Below, in pieces: positions 39,262-49,485 of a DNA stretch of 64,000 nucleotides (the stretch's first letter is position 1; every line of letters begins with the position of its first letter). The notes under the pieces are model-generated. The model did no database searches. It saw only the letters and a list, made by a program, of their open reading frames with translations, and was not told the origin of the DNA. The position numbers and the translations under genes were made by a program. The DNA comes from an uncultured delta proteobacterium. Lineage in GTDB: Bacteria > Desulfobacterota > Syntrophia > Syntrophales > Smithellaceae. The stretch covers positions 90,562 through 154,561 of the forward strand of contig CAVSCG010000013.1 in assembly GCA_963726395.1 (NCBI GenBank). The letters run 5' to 3'.

Positions 39262-40506
39262 TCATGCATCTTCCTCTATCTGGAAGGCAGTGGCTTTGAT
39301 GCCCTTCAACTGTGCCTCCGAATCAACCAGGAAATTAGCTGCCGCCACGACTCTTTCGCCGCTTTTCAAACCGCGCAGCACTTCAATATATCCATCCGTT
39401 CTGATCCCTGTTTTAATTTCCCGCGGCTCAAACGCACCGTTACCCAGATCCACATAGACCACCATGGCCCGTCCCGTATCCATTACGGCAGATTCCGGGA
39501 TCACTAATTTATGACCCAGATTGACTTGAATTTCCACATTGCCGAACATTTGTGGTTTGAGCTGATTATTGCGATTGGCGAGCTTCAGGCGCACTTTTAT
39601 GGTCCGTGTTTCCGCCGATAGGCTGGGATAAATGTAATCGATTCGCGACATCATTTCCACGCCGGGAAGATAGGCCAGTGTGATGACCGCCTGGTTTCCG
39701 ACCTTAATGAACGGCAATTCATATTCGTAAATATCGGCGATTACCCAGAGACTGGAAAGATCCGCTATATCAAACATCTTTTCGCCCGGCATAACCCTCA
39801 TTCCGGCGACAACCATTTTTTGCGTGACATAACCCGTAACCGGAGCATACAGTGTCAATGTCCGAACCGGCTTTCCCGTCGCTTCAATTCGCTTAATTTG
39901 GGCAGCGGAAATATCCCACAAAAGCAGGCGCTGGCGTGCCGCTTCCAGCGTGGCCGATGAATCCCGGGCTATCATTTTATTCAAGTCGGATGCGCCCGTC
40001 TTGTTCCCGTCCGCAGGGCCGGCGGCCGTTTCCTTTGTCCATTTCAAAGCCGTCAGAAATTCCTGCTGGGTTGCGACAAGTTCCGGACTGTAAATTTCGG
40101 CCAGCTTCGCGCCTTTTTTTACGTAACTACCCGTCGTATCGACGTAGAGCTTTTCAATCCATCCTTCGATTTTAGCATTCACCGTCGCCTGTCTGCTTTC
40201 GTCGGTTTCGACTCTCCCGACCGTCCGAATGATTTTTTTCATCGGCAGCAACGTTGCTTTGACTGTTTTTACTCCAATGAGTTTCTGCTGTTCCGGAGAA
40301 ATTTCCACCTGCGGGACATCCTGAGTGGATTCCAACACCGGTTGGTTTTGTTGAGAAGCGGAGGGTTTAGCTTTATTGGTCGTGGTTGCAGGCCGAGCAT
40401 GTTGTGAATGATCCTGAGCCGCGATCGGCGCCGCAATAAAGAGCAACAGACATCCCGCCATCAGCGGACTCAGTAATATTGTCAGGCGGCCACTTCTTAT
40501 TTTCAT
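39262..40506 (-). CDS. cusB: efflux RND periplasmic adaptor (membrane-fusion protein, CusB-like)
   Basis: 414 aa with a signal/anchor, a lipoyl and beta-barrel MFP pattern, and start/stop overlaps with both neighbours. Confidence 0.85.
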   Translation of the reverse strand: MKIRSGRLTILLSPLMAGCLLLFIAAPIAAQDHSQHARPATTTNKAKPSASQQNQPVLESTQDVPQVEISPEQQKLIGVKTVKATLLPMKKIIRTVGRVETDESRQATVNAKIEGWIEKLYVDTTGSYVKKGAKLAEIYSPELVATQQEFLTALKWTKETAAGPADGNKTGASDLNKMIARDSSATLEAARQRLLLWDISAAQIKRIEATGKPVRTLTLYAPVTGYVTQKMVVAGMRVMPGEKMFDIADLSSLWVIADIYEYELPFIKVGNQAVITLAYLPGVEMMSRIDYIYPSLSAETRTIKVRLKLANRNNQLKPQMFGNVEIQVNLGHKLVIPESAVMDTGRAMVVYVDLGNGAFEPREIKTGIRTDGYIEVLRGLKSGERVVAAANFLVDSEAQLKGIKATAFQIEEDA

Positions 40507-41748
40507 CTTTTTCCCCCTCCAAACGTCTGCCCGGCTGTAATGGCATGTAAACGGGCAATGGCTTTTTCTCGCTCTACGCGTTGGCCCCAGTATAAAGACT
40601 CGTAGTCCAGCAGTGTTTTTAAGCGGGAAATAATGCTGACGGCATCCATTCTTCCCGTGGAATACCCTGTCAACGCCTGCTCGATATCCTGTCTGCTTTT
40701 AGGAAGAAGCCCTTTTTGATATAGATCGATGAGCCTCTCCGACGAGCGGAGCATGGAATAGTTATCACGCAGCGCCGCTCCAATCATCACCTTGGTTGCT
40801 TCCAGTTCACGGTCGGCCTGATGAATATTGGCCTTAGCTTCCATTACGGCTGGTTTTTGTTTCGATTGAAAATATAGCGGGATGTTGATCGTTGCCGTGG
40901 CGCTCCACATGTCAGGAAACTCACCCGTCCGGTTGTAGTAGCCGCCGCTCAAGGCAAAATCGGGGTAGTATTCTTTCTGTGCCATTGCCAGTCTGGTATT
41001 GGCAGCCTCGATCATTTTATTGCGCGATTTTAACTCCGGCGAATGCTGCATCGCCAAATCGAGAGCGGCATTGATCTCCAGGGGAAAAGGCTGATAAACG
41101 GGTTCGGAAGGTCTGGGGAGCGCAGGTCCTTTATACCGTCCAACGGCAGAGGAAAGCATGGCATCCAAAGACTCAATCTTTTGTTGTGTCATTTCTTCTT
41201 TTTCCAGCAGCATGTATTTTTCTGTCTGCGCCATAATGACATCCAACTGCATGGCTTTTCCGGCGGCATAGCGCGACAGGGTCAGGCTTTCAATCCGGTC
41301 GAGTAATTCCCGCTTATCCTTCAGCAAATCAATGTTCTTGTAAGCAAGAAAAAGGTCAAGATAGAGCTCTTTGACTCGCGCTATTGTTTTAAGCTTTAAA
41401 AGTTCGTGCATGGCTTCCAGGCTCTCCGCGTCTCGTGTCGTCATTTCTTCTTTGAGCCTGCGCTTGCCCGGAAAAAGAAATTGCTGCGTCGCTGAAAACA
41501 TCCACTGGGAGCCCTGCATCTCGCCGTAGGTATAGCGGTCGAAAGTCTCATTTTGATAGCCGAACATAAACATCGGATCAGGCAGGCTGGCGGATTGAGG
41601 AATCCGCAGCCGGGCGGCCTCAATCCGGGCCTGTGATGCCTGAATTTCAGGATTATTCTTCAGCGCTTCGTCGATCAAGCCATCCAGTACCGGATCGCTA
41701 TGGACCGGATTAGCGGCAAGAAGAAGAAATAACTGAAAACAAAAGACA
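40503..41748 (-). pseudogene. TolC-family outer-membrane efflux protein (CusC-like), frameshift within the signal peptide
   Basis: The 391-aa ORF begins at internal MIDEALKNN. Its frame extends upstream as ...LLLAANPVHSDPVLDGL without a start. The ATG at 41748 (MSFVFSYFFF) is in another frame. The shift lies in the TTCTTCTTCTTG run at about 41715-41730. Confidence 0.8.
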
Positions 41749-41761
41749 TAACTTAAAGAAC

Positions 41762-42157
41762 CTACTTGATATCAACATTTAATTTTACCGTTTGTGTTTT
41801 ACCACCGCGGTTAATTTTAATATTTATAGACCAGGGACCGGCCATCGAAAAATTAATCGTTGCCAGATAGTTTTCGCCTTTTAATGTGGCTTGCGTCTTG
41901 TAATTCATGGCGCCCATTCCGGGCATCGCCGGCATGCCGTAATCGATGGCCACCGTGGCATCCGTTACAGTTTTTCCCACGGCATCCTTGATAGCCACAG
42001 TCATTTTGTTGATACCAGTTACGGGCGGGTTCTTGTCAATGTTCACCTGAACGCTAAGATCTCCTGCTTTCTTTGAGATTTCATAGTCTTTCGCATAGAC
42101 TGCACCACAAAGAACCAATAACGCTATCATCGTAAATATCAAAGTTACTCGTTTCAT
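41762..42157 (-). CDS. FixH/YtkA-like periplasmic Ig-fold protein with Met-rich loop
   Basis: 131 aa with a signal peptide and YGMPAMPGMGAMNY (a Met-rich stretch of the kind that binds Cu(I)/Ag(I)). First gene of the cus-like operon. RBS AGGAGG. Confidence 0.6.
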   Translation of the reverse strand: MKRVTLIFTMIALLVLCGAVYAKDYEISKKAGDLSVQVNIDKNPPVTGINKMTVAIKDAVGKTVTDATVAIDYGMPAMPGMGAMNYKTQATLKGENYLATINFSMAGPWSINIKINRGGKTQTVKLNVDIK

Positions 42158-42364
42158 TCTTAATATTTCCTCCTGTTTTTTGTTGTGTGCTCAATTACTA
42201 CCCTAGCGTAAGTCAAGGAAACTTCTTATACATATTTTCAAACACTATTTTAATAGTAGTAATTATCCGGAAAGATGTTGTCAAGGCCTACTCATCTGAT
42301 TTTCCAGGATTCCAGCGGGGGTAATCCAGATTGTTCGGCCTATCCCAATAATTTAATATTATCA

Positions 42365-42393
42365 ATTATTTTGCATGTTGCCGAGTTTGTCAA
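42365..42393 (-). promoter_or_regulatory. possible sigma70-like promoter of the cus-like operon
   Basis: The minus strand reads TTGACA, 17 nt, AATAAT. This is one of three CCTTGAC(A/T) boxes in the 376-bp upstream region. It would imply a 5' UTR of about 200 nt. Confidence 0.3.
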
Positions 42394-42533
42394 GGCGGTT
42401 TTTCGTCTAACGTTTCACAAAGACGGGGAAATAACATCATCTATGGGGGACGGTCGCGACCACCCACGTGTGACCTTCAGATTATGCGGGTGGCAAGACT
42501 GTTCCCCACTTTAATCAACATTAATAAATTTTG

Positions 42534-43163
42534 CTATTTCTCTCTTAACGCTGAATTAATAATATTATTGAGATTTGCGACAGCCGCCGCCGGATCATCA
42601 GCCGAACAAACCGCTGAAACGACCGCCAGACAATCGGCGCCCGCTTTGACCACCGTCCGGGCGTTGGATTCATTGATTCCGCCGATGGCGACCAACGGAT
42701 GGCGGCTGAAGGATTTGATTTTCCGAAGCCCTTCCAATCCCCAGGGTTCTTTGGTGTCTGTTTTGGTCGGTGTGGCAAAGACCGGACTGACTCCGATGTA
42801 ATCCACATCAAGATTCTGGCTGGCTTCAACATCCGCCCATGTTTCCACGGATAAGCCAATGATCGCTTCTTGCCCCATCAGTTTCCGGGCTGTTGCATAC
42901 GGCATGTCCTCCTGGCCGATATGGACGCCGTCCGCACCGCAGGCGAGCGCCACATCAATCCGGTCGTTGATGATCAGCGGCACATGAAAAGGAAGAAGCA
43001 GTTTCTTTACGGCGATTGCTTCTTCGACAAAGTCGCGCGTGGATAAATCTTTTTCGCGCAACTGGACGTAAGCTGCGCCGCCCTGCACGGCCTGCAACAC
43101 AATATCCTGCAGGGATCGTTTGCGGCACAGGCCGCGATCTGTCACCAGGTAAACGCCTCGCAC
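42534..43163 (-). CDS. thiE: thiamine-phosphate synthase
   Basis: 209 aa: YLVTDR...QLREKD...LIINDRIDVALA..ADGVHIGQED...GVSPVFAT.TK... Confidence 0.9.
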   Translation of the reverse strand: MRGVYLVTDRGLCRKRSLQDIVLQAVQGGAAYVQLREKDLSTRDFVEEAIAVKKLLLPFHVPLIINDRIDVALACGADGVHIGQEDMPYATARKLMGQEAIIGLSVETWADVEASQNLDVDYIGVSPVFATPTKTDTKEPWGLEGLRKIKSFSRHPLVAIGGINESNARTVVKAGADCLAVVSAVCSADDPAAAVANLNNIINSALREK

Positions 43164-43165
43164 GG

Positions 43166-43969
43166 CTATTCCTCCATTTTTAAATGTTGGCTGATGTCAT
43201 TTTCCGACAAGTTATAAAGAATATCCAGAAAATTCATCTGCAGCGATCCGGGACCCGCCGATTTTTCAACAGCCATTTCTCCGGCAATGCCCATGACCGC
43301 CATCGCTTTAGCCGCCGCTGCCAGCGGATCTTTTTCCACGGCGGCAAAAGCGCCGCACAAAGCGCTGGCCGTGCAACCCAAGCCCGTCACTTTGGTCATC
43401 ATCGGATGGCCGTTGGCCATTTTCATCATCCGCTTGCCTTCCACGATATAATCGACGGCTCCGCTGATGCACACGGCACAGTGATGTTTTTCGCTGATGC
43501 TTTGCGCGGCATGGAGCGCCTCGTTGGAAGCTGCGGTACTGTCCACACCTTTGGTTTTCAACCGGTCATCCGTGAGCGCCATAATCTCGGAGGCATTGCC
43601 CCGAATAATCGTCGGCTGGTCGGAGCTGATCAGTTCGCAAATCGTTCGCGTGCGATAAGGGGTTGCCCCCGCGCCGACCGGATCAATGACCACGGGGATA
43701 CCTTTGGACATCGCCTTGGCAAATGCCTTGAACATCCCCCGTACCCAGGGGGCGCTGATCGTGCCGATATTGATGACCAGCGCTGAGGCTATGGACGCCA
43801 TGTCTTCAACTTCTTCTTCCGCGTGAATCATCACCGGCGACGCGCCAATGGCCAGGAGCGCGTTGGCCGTATTGTTCATCACCACGTAATTCGTGATATT
43901 GTGGATCAAGGGGCTTTTTGCTCTAATCTCTTCCAATGATTGATAAATCTGCGCCGCATTAATTTTCAT
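43166..43969 (-). CDS. thiM: hydroxyethylthiazole kinase
   Basis: 267 aa: [28 protein letters not shown]...GNASEI...TGLGC. Confidence 0.9.
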   Translation of the reverse strand: MKINAAQIYQSLEEIRAKSPLIHNITNYVVMNNTANALLAIGASPVMIHAEEEVEDMASIASALVINIGTISAPWVRGMFKAFAKAMSKGIPVVIDPVGAGATPYRTRTICELISSDQPTIIRGNASEIMALTDDRLKTKGVDSTAASNEALHAAQSISEKHHCAVCISGAVDYIVEGKRMMKMANGHPMMTKVTGLGCTASALCGAFAAVEKDPLAAAAKAMAVMGIAGEMAVEKSAGPGSLQMNFLDILYNLSENDISQHLKMEE

Positions 43970-44217
43970 AATGAATCTCCTGTTTCATATTTAATATATT
44001 TACGCCCTCCCACATATGCTGAACATATCGAATGGATTTTTGAGCAGCCCGCAATTCCTCTTCGCTGACAAAGATGCTTCTGGCATCACTCACCAGTTTC
44101 AAGCCGCTGACGTGATCCGTGTGGAGATGAGTCAATATGACGTAATGGAGTTCTTTGGGTTTGATTCCCCGCAACGGTTATCCACTCGCCAAATTCTCCG
44201 TCTGCCTGTAATTTCAT
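43959..44217 (-). pseudogene. remnant of an MBL-fold metallo-hydrolase gene (truncated and frameshifted)
   Basis: The 71-aa ORF carries only the core YVILTHLHTDHVSG motif. A short upstream piece (MKLQADGEFGEWI) is in another frame. Both are far shorter than a full MBL protein, and the remnant is squeezed between thiM and the ATPase gene. Confidence 0.5.
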
Positions 44218-44259
44218 ACCTATCTCATTTTATTATCTTTTATATTTATTGCGTCAGCC

Positions 44260-45387
44260 TCATGCAGATAACTGCGCCAGCCACTTGCCGGCATCGACAA
44301 TGTCAACGTTATGAATCTGTTGTTCGCGCCTCAGATTCTGTACCAGTTGAACGGCTTTTGCTTTGGGTAATTTTTGTGCAAACAATTTGAAAGAAGCCGA
44401 AGGGATATCATCGGAAAGTTTAACTTCGATTAAATGCGTCGCTTTCTTTTTTCTGCTCAGAGAGAAATCAATCTCCCTGCCGTCTTTGGTTTTAATATAA
44501 TTCAGTTCCACGTCCTCACCGGTTGTGTCCTGCAAATACTGCACATGTTTTAAAAGACAAACAGCGCAGGTATTCTCCAGCTGAATGCCTTCTCCGCCCA
44601 GAACATAACCGCTGTCATAAAAATACAGTTTAGGTTCTTTCAAAATGGCCCTGGCCACATTGGCATGAAAAGGTCGCACCGTGAACACAATACATAGACT
44701 TTCCAGGATATCGATATACTTCCGCACCGTGTTGGGTGCCAGTTGCAAGTCCTGCGCGATCGATGTATACGAAATCGGAGAACCGACTCTGGAGCGCAGC
44801 AACTCCAATAAAAGTTTCATCGAACGAATTTCCTGTAATCTGCCGAATTCCAGAATATCCTCCCTGATCAGGTCGGTATAATACTGATTTCTCCAGCGGG
44901 CCGCTTCCGTTTCGGAGCCGGATAAAAAAGGTTCCGGAAATCCGCCCAGTCTATTAAGAAGCTCAAGAGCTTCATCAGGTGGAACGGCACCTTTCAGCTC
45001 ACGGACGGAAATCGGATTGAGCCGCATGGAGAAATAACGACCGGCAAGCGATTCGCCGGATTGCCGGAAAGTGTCCAGCCGCGCACTGCCGGTAATCAGC
45101 ATGGACTGTTTTTGCGGGCGTGTGTCAAAAACACCTTTAACAAATTTTTTCCAATCCGTTTTTTTATGGATTTCATCAAGAACAAGCAGATCGCTTTTCA
45201 CAGGCCAGGACTGCGAGTTAATAATCCTGGCGTCCTCTATATTGTCATAATTCAAATACTGAGGCGTTTTGAATTCCGGCATAAGCGCTTTGGCCAGCCA
45301 TGTTTTGCCGACTTGCCGCGGACCGGTTAAAATGACCATCTTCTTTTGCAAATCTTTTTTTATCGGATGATAAAGATATCTTTCCAT
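44260..45387 (-). CDS. AAA-type ATPase with C-terminal DUF4143-like domain
   Basis: 375 aa with Walker A LTGPRQVGKT and Walker B LLVLDEIH. The C-terminal region is of the DUF4143 type (from memory). Confidence 0.75.
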   Translation of the reverse strand: MERYLYHPIKKDLQKKMVILTGPRQVGKTWLAKALMPEFKTPQYLNYDNIEDARIINSQSWPVKSDLLVLDEIHKKTDWKKFVKGVFDTRPQKQSMLITGSARLDTFRQSGESLAGRYFSMRLNPISVRELKGAVPPDEALELLNRLGGFPEPFLSGSETEAARWRNQYYTDLIREDILEFGRLQEIRSMKLLLELLRSRVGSPISYTSIAQDLQLAPNTVRKYIDILESLCIVFTVRPFHANVARAILKEPKLYFYDSGYVLGGEGIQLENTCAVCLLKHVQYLQDTTGEDVELNYIKTKDGREIDFSLSRKKKATHLIEVKLSDDIPSASFKLFAQKLPKAKAVQLVQNLRREQQIHNVDIVDAGKWLAQLSA

Positions 45388-45421
45388 GGCCGACTATTTA
45401 GCAGGACATTGCACAAAAGTC

Positions 45422-45455
45422 AAGACTATTATGCAAACCGTTGCATAATAGTCTT
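45422..45455. repeat. perfect 15-bp inverted repeat with 4-nt spacer
   Basis: AAGACTATTATGCAA accg TTGCATAATAGTCTT, located 35 nt upstream of the ATPase start codon. Confidence 0.9.
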
Positions 45456-45667
45456 ATCGTGGTCGTCTGGTAGGGCGCGATCCTCGAGTGCGTCGCCTTT
45501 GTTCAATCAGTTCAATAATAAGCTGCGGAGCAGGCATGGGTAAGTTCCTTAATTTTCAGGCAGAAAGATTTTGACAATTTTTTTATGACGTTCTTATTAT
45601 AGCTCCTTGAAATACTTATCAATATTTTTCTTGCGAACCTTCTTTTTTTATTTTCACATTTCTTCTT

Positions 45668-46633
45668 ATGCATGATATTGAAGACACAAAAGGAAAGGAA
45701 AACGCCGTGAATCAAATACCCCTTGTCTTCGGTATCGGTCAGTGCTCGCTTGATTATATCGGCCTGATACCTGCCTATCCTCCGCCGGACGTGAAGTGTG
45801 AATTTACGCATCTGGTGGTGCAGGGAGGCGGACCGGTGGCCACGGCGCTGGTTGCACTTCAACGCTGGGGCGTTAATTGCCACATGTCGGGTGTCGCAGG
45901 GGATGACGACTTCTGCACGCAAATTACGGCGTTACTTTCCGACGAAGGCATCAACACATCCGGACTTCAAATCCGCAAACATCAGCATTCGCAATTCGCC
46001 TTTATCGTGAGTGAGCCTTCCTCGGCCCGCCGGACGATTTTCTGGCAAAGGCCCACAGGCCTTCCGTTGCAGCCGGAAGAACTGGACATCAACCTGCTTT
46101 TAAAAAGCTCGGCTCTACATACGGATGGTTTGTTTCCCGAAGCTTCGCTATGGGCCTGCCGCAAGGCAAAGGCCGCGGGCATTCCCGTGATCGTGGATGC
46201 CGGAACGCTGCGTGACGGAATGCTGGAAATCGCCAAATTCAGCGACTGCTTTGTCACATCGGAAACATTTTCCACCGCACTGGCCGGGACACCGGAAGAG
46301 ACCTGCCAGATACTGGCGGACATGGGCATCCGCTTCACGGGCGTCACGCTGGGCGCGAAAGGCTATATGGCCCTGATTGATGGACGGTTCATTCACAAAG
46401 AAGCCTACCCGGCAAACGCCATCGACACCACCGGCTGCGGCGATGTCTTTCATGCGGGATTAACGTATGGAATACTTCAAGGGTGGCATGCTGAAAAATC
46501 CCTCGATCTAGGCGCGTGGGCGGCGGCGCGAGTCAGCGAGCAGCTGGGCGGCCGCAGCGGCATCCCGAATGTTCAGGATTTACAAAACAGAGGATTCACC
46601 GATTTGCCATGTCAGCCTGAACCCCCGGCATAA
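45668..46633 (+). CDS. PfkB-family carbohydrate/nucleoside kinase (ribokinase-like)
   Basis: 321 aa with the C-terminal signature DTTGCGDVFHAG. The exact start is uncertain. Confidence 0.8.
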   Translation: MHDIEDTKGKENAVNQIPLVFGIGQCSLDYIGLIPAYPPPDVKCEFTHLVVQGGGPVATALVALQRWGVNCHMSGVAGDDDFCTQITALLSDEGINTSGLQIRKHQHSQFAFIVSEPSSARRTIFWQRPTGLPLQPEELDINLLLKSSALHTDGLFPEASLWACRKAKAAGIPVIVDAGTLRDGMLEIAKFSDCFVTSETFSTALAGTPEETCQILADMGIRFTGVTLGAKGYMALIDGRFIHKEAYPANAIDTTGCGDVFHAGLTYGILQGWHAEKSLDLGAWAAARVSEQLGGRSGIPNVQDLQNRGFTDLPCQPEPPA

Positions 46634-46667
46634 ATAAAGTTGCTGGATGGGGGCTATCATAAAATAG

Positions 46668-46696
46668 TTGACAAAGTAATTTGTCTCTATTATCCT
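46668..46696 (+). promoter_or_regulatory. sigma70-like promoter with overlapping dyad (candidate MarR operator)
   Basis: TTGACA (46668-46673), 17 nt, TATCCT (46691-46696). The dyad GACAAA-gtaa-TTTGTC (46670-46685) overlaps the -35 box and spacer. Confidence 0.45.
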
Positions 46697-46736
46697 CGTA
46701 CACAAGTAAATTGCATGCAAGGATAAATTCATTTCT

Positions 46737-47162
46737 ATGCTCGAAACAGATTGTATTTTCTTTCAGCTGGCAAAGGTCCATCAACTCGCCAACCGGTTTC
46801 TCAGCCAGAAGGTTTCCGAGCTCAATATCACATCCGTGCAAGCAATGGTTCTGGGCTTTCTTGATCAAGAAGATCAAATCACATCCAGTGAACTCGGTAA
46901 AAGGACTGAGCTGGACAGCGCAACGCTCACGGGCCTTCTTGACCGTCTGGAGGCCACAGGGTTTATCGAACGCAAGGGGAATCCCGATGACCGCCGATCC
47001 ATCCACATTCATCTGACTAAAAAAGGCAAAGCCATGAGCCGGGAAGCAACCAGAGTGATAGCCGCAGGCAATTTAGAGTTTCTGCAAGGGTTAACCCTCG
47101 CAGAAAAACAGGATTTAAACGGTATCATAAAAAAACTTCGTCTTATGGCGCCCGGTTCATAA
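46737..47162 (+). CDS. MarR family transcriptional regulator
   Basis: 141 aa with a wHTH ...ITSSELGKRTELDSATLTGLLDRLEATGFIERKGNPDDRR. Confidence 0.85.
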   Translation: MLETDCIFFQLAKVHQLANRFLSQKVSELNITSVQAMVLGFLDQEDQITSSELGKRTELDSATLTGLLDRLEATGFIERKGNPDDRRSIHIHLTKKGKAMSREATRVIAAGNLEFLQGLTLAEKQDLNGIIKKLRLMAPGS

Positions 47163-47209
47163 AGGCGCACGTCGGACATCCGGCCATACCGCCGGGGAAA
47201 GGAGCAATC

Positions 47210-49446
47210 ATGGGAACCATCCATAAAACCGGATGTGTATTATGCGCGCAGAACTGCGGTCTGGAAATCGAGGTGGAAAACAATCGCATTGTCAAAGTAA
47301 AACCGGACAAATCCAATGCTAGAAGCGAGGGCTACTTCTGCCGTAAAGGCATGAACGTCGCTTATCACCAGCACAATGCCGACCGCCTGAAATACCCGCT
47401 AAAAAAAGTCGGGGACAAATTCGAACGGATATCCTGGGATCAGGCCATCGATGAAATTGCGGCCAAACTCAAAAGCATAATCGGCCAGCACGGCCCCCGT
47501 TCCTTTGCCTACATGGGCGGAGGCGGTCAGGGCTGCCATTTTGAGGTTCCCTTCGGTGTTCGCCTGATGCGGGGCCTTGGCTCTCAGTATCAGTATAGCG
47601 CGCTGGCGCAAGAATTCGCCGGCGCCTTCTGGGTGGTAGGACGCACACATGGCAAGCAGTACCTTCATGATCAGCCGGATGTGAATAACACCGATCTTCT
47701 TTTAGTGTTCGGCTGGAACGGCATGCAGAGCCATCAGATTCCACAGGCGCCCCGACAGCTCCAGCGACTTTCCAAAGATAAAGACAAAATGCTGATCGTG
47801 GTTGATCCGCGGGTGTCGGAAACCGCTAAACTGGCCGACATTCACCTGCGAATCCGTCCCGGCACGGATGCTCTGCTGCTCAAAGCCATGATTTCCATTA
47901 TCCTGAAAGAAGGATGGCAAAACAAAGACTATCTGGCCAACCGCACATCGGGCTTTGATTCAATAAAATCATATTTTGAAAATTTTGATGCCCACGCCGC
48001 CATCAAAGTCTGTGATCTGGATTTTGATCAGGTCCGCGAAGTCGCAAGGCTTTACGCCACACGCAAATCATCATTTCGCTACGACCTCGGCATTTACATG
48101 GGACGCCACAGCGGCCTGAACTCCTATTTGATCGTTATTCTTCAGTCGATCTGTGGCAGGCTCTGCGTCCCCGGCGGCAATGTCATTAACGGCCACATGA
48201 TGCCCATCGGCCCCAACAGCGATGAAAGAGATCCGAAAACCTGGCGGACCGTGGCGACGAATGCCTTCCCGGTTTGCGGTGTTTTTCCGCCCAATGTCAT
48301 GCCGGAAGAAATTCTCTCCGATCATCCCGAGACGCCTGCGGGCGGTTTTCGTTACCGGTTTGAATCCCCTGCGTTCCTATGCGGACACTACCGCCTATGA
48401 AAAAGCATTCCAGAAACTGGACCTGCTGGTCACGGCGGAACTGGCCATGACGGAAACGGCCGCCCTTTCTCATTACGTGCTGCCGTCGCGTTCGGGCTAT
48501 GAATCATGGGACGGCACTTTTTTCCCCATGACCTATCCCGGCATATATCTTCCAGATGCGCCGGCCGATTGTCGAACCGGAGGGAGAGCCGAAAGAACAG
48601 GGTGAAATCGATCTGCTCCTGGCCGACAAGCTGGGGCTGATTCCGCCGATTCCGGAAAGCCTCTACAAAGCAGCCTTCGAGAGTCGTCCGGTGTTTGCCA
48701 AGGCCCTGATGGAGTATGCCATGACAGAACCGAAAGCCATGAAAGCCATGCCGTTTATTCTGGGAAAGACGCTGGGCAAGGCGATGGGCTCGGTGCATCT
48801 GGCGGCGCTCTGGGGCATGCTGCAGGTTGCCCCGAAGTCATTATATAAGAATGCCATCCGGGCGGGCTTTAAGTCAGGCCCGACAATGGGTGAAGAAATT
48901 TTCCAGCAGATTCTCGATCATCCCGAAGGTATCTGGGTGGGCCGGATCGACCCGGACAATAATTTTGCGGAAGTGAAGACGGAGGATGGCAAAATTCATC
49001 TACTCATTCCTGAACTGCTCGATGAGCTCAAAGCCATTGACGCGGCCAGAGAAGAAGCGGCGCTGACGCTGCCTGCGGAATTTCCGCTTATACTCATGGC
49101 GGGAAAGCACATCGATAAAAACGCCAATACATTGATGCGCGATCCCGCATGGAACGAAGGTAAGCGCGCCTGTACGATCACCATGCATCCCGCCGACGCG
49201 GCAGCCTTGAATTTAAAGGACGGCCAACAGGTTCGTGTAACCACCGAGGCCGGCTCCGAGGAAATTGAACTGGAAGTGACAGACACGGCCCGCAAAGGCC
49301 ATGTGGTGATCCCGCACGGCTTCGGCCTGGTTTATAACGGCGTAAAATACGGCGCCAACGTGAACCGCCTGACTAAGAATACTCACCGCGACCAGTTCGG
49401 AACGCCGATTCACAGATTCGTTCCGTGCCGGGTGGAGGCTGTCTGA
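47210..49446 (+). pseudogene. cytoplasmic molybdopterin (bis-MGD) oxidoreductase, interrupted by two frameshifts
   Basis: N-terminal Fe-S motif CVLCAQNCGLEI...(x27)C, with no TAT signal. Three fragments (47210..48400, 48222..48605, 48556..49446) join as ...EEILSDHPE/RLRAVFVTGLNP... at about 48330 and ...YPGIYL/QMRRPIVEPEG... at about 48550. The C-terminal beta-barrel domain contains TMHPADA...V.V.T..G. Confidence 0.85.
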
Positions 49447-49485
49447 TAGCGGAAGAAAATGCAGGTAACTGAATAAAGGATTCCC

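Noticed and set aside
42275-42514. 79-aa plus-strand ORF and a GGGGA...CCACCC-N22-GGGTGG...TCCCC stem structure (about 42445-42505) between the cus-like operon and thiE
   Set aside because: The ORF has no RBS and an implausible composition. The stem has only 5-6 bp arms with a 22-nt loop and no U-tract, and it matches no riboswitch class I recognise. That is too weak to call.
43970-44260. TPP riboswitch upstream of thiM
   Set aside because: No CUGAGA or ACCUGAUCUGGAUAAUGCCAGCG-like elements are present on the coding strand. The interval is occupied by the MBL gene remnant.
47210-49446. Selenocysteine (in-frame TGA) as the explanation for the split Mo-oxidoreductase
   Set aside because: At both junctions the homologous sequence continues in a different reading frame before any stop is reached. 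The breaks are therefore frame changes, not in-frame UGA codons.
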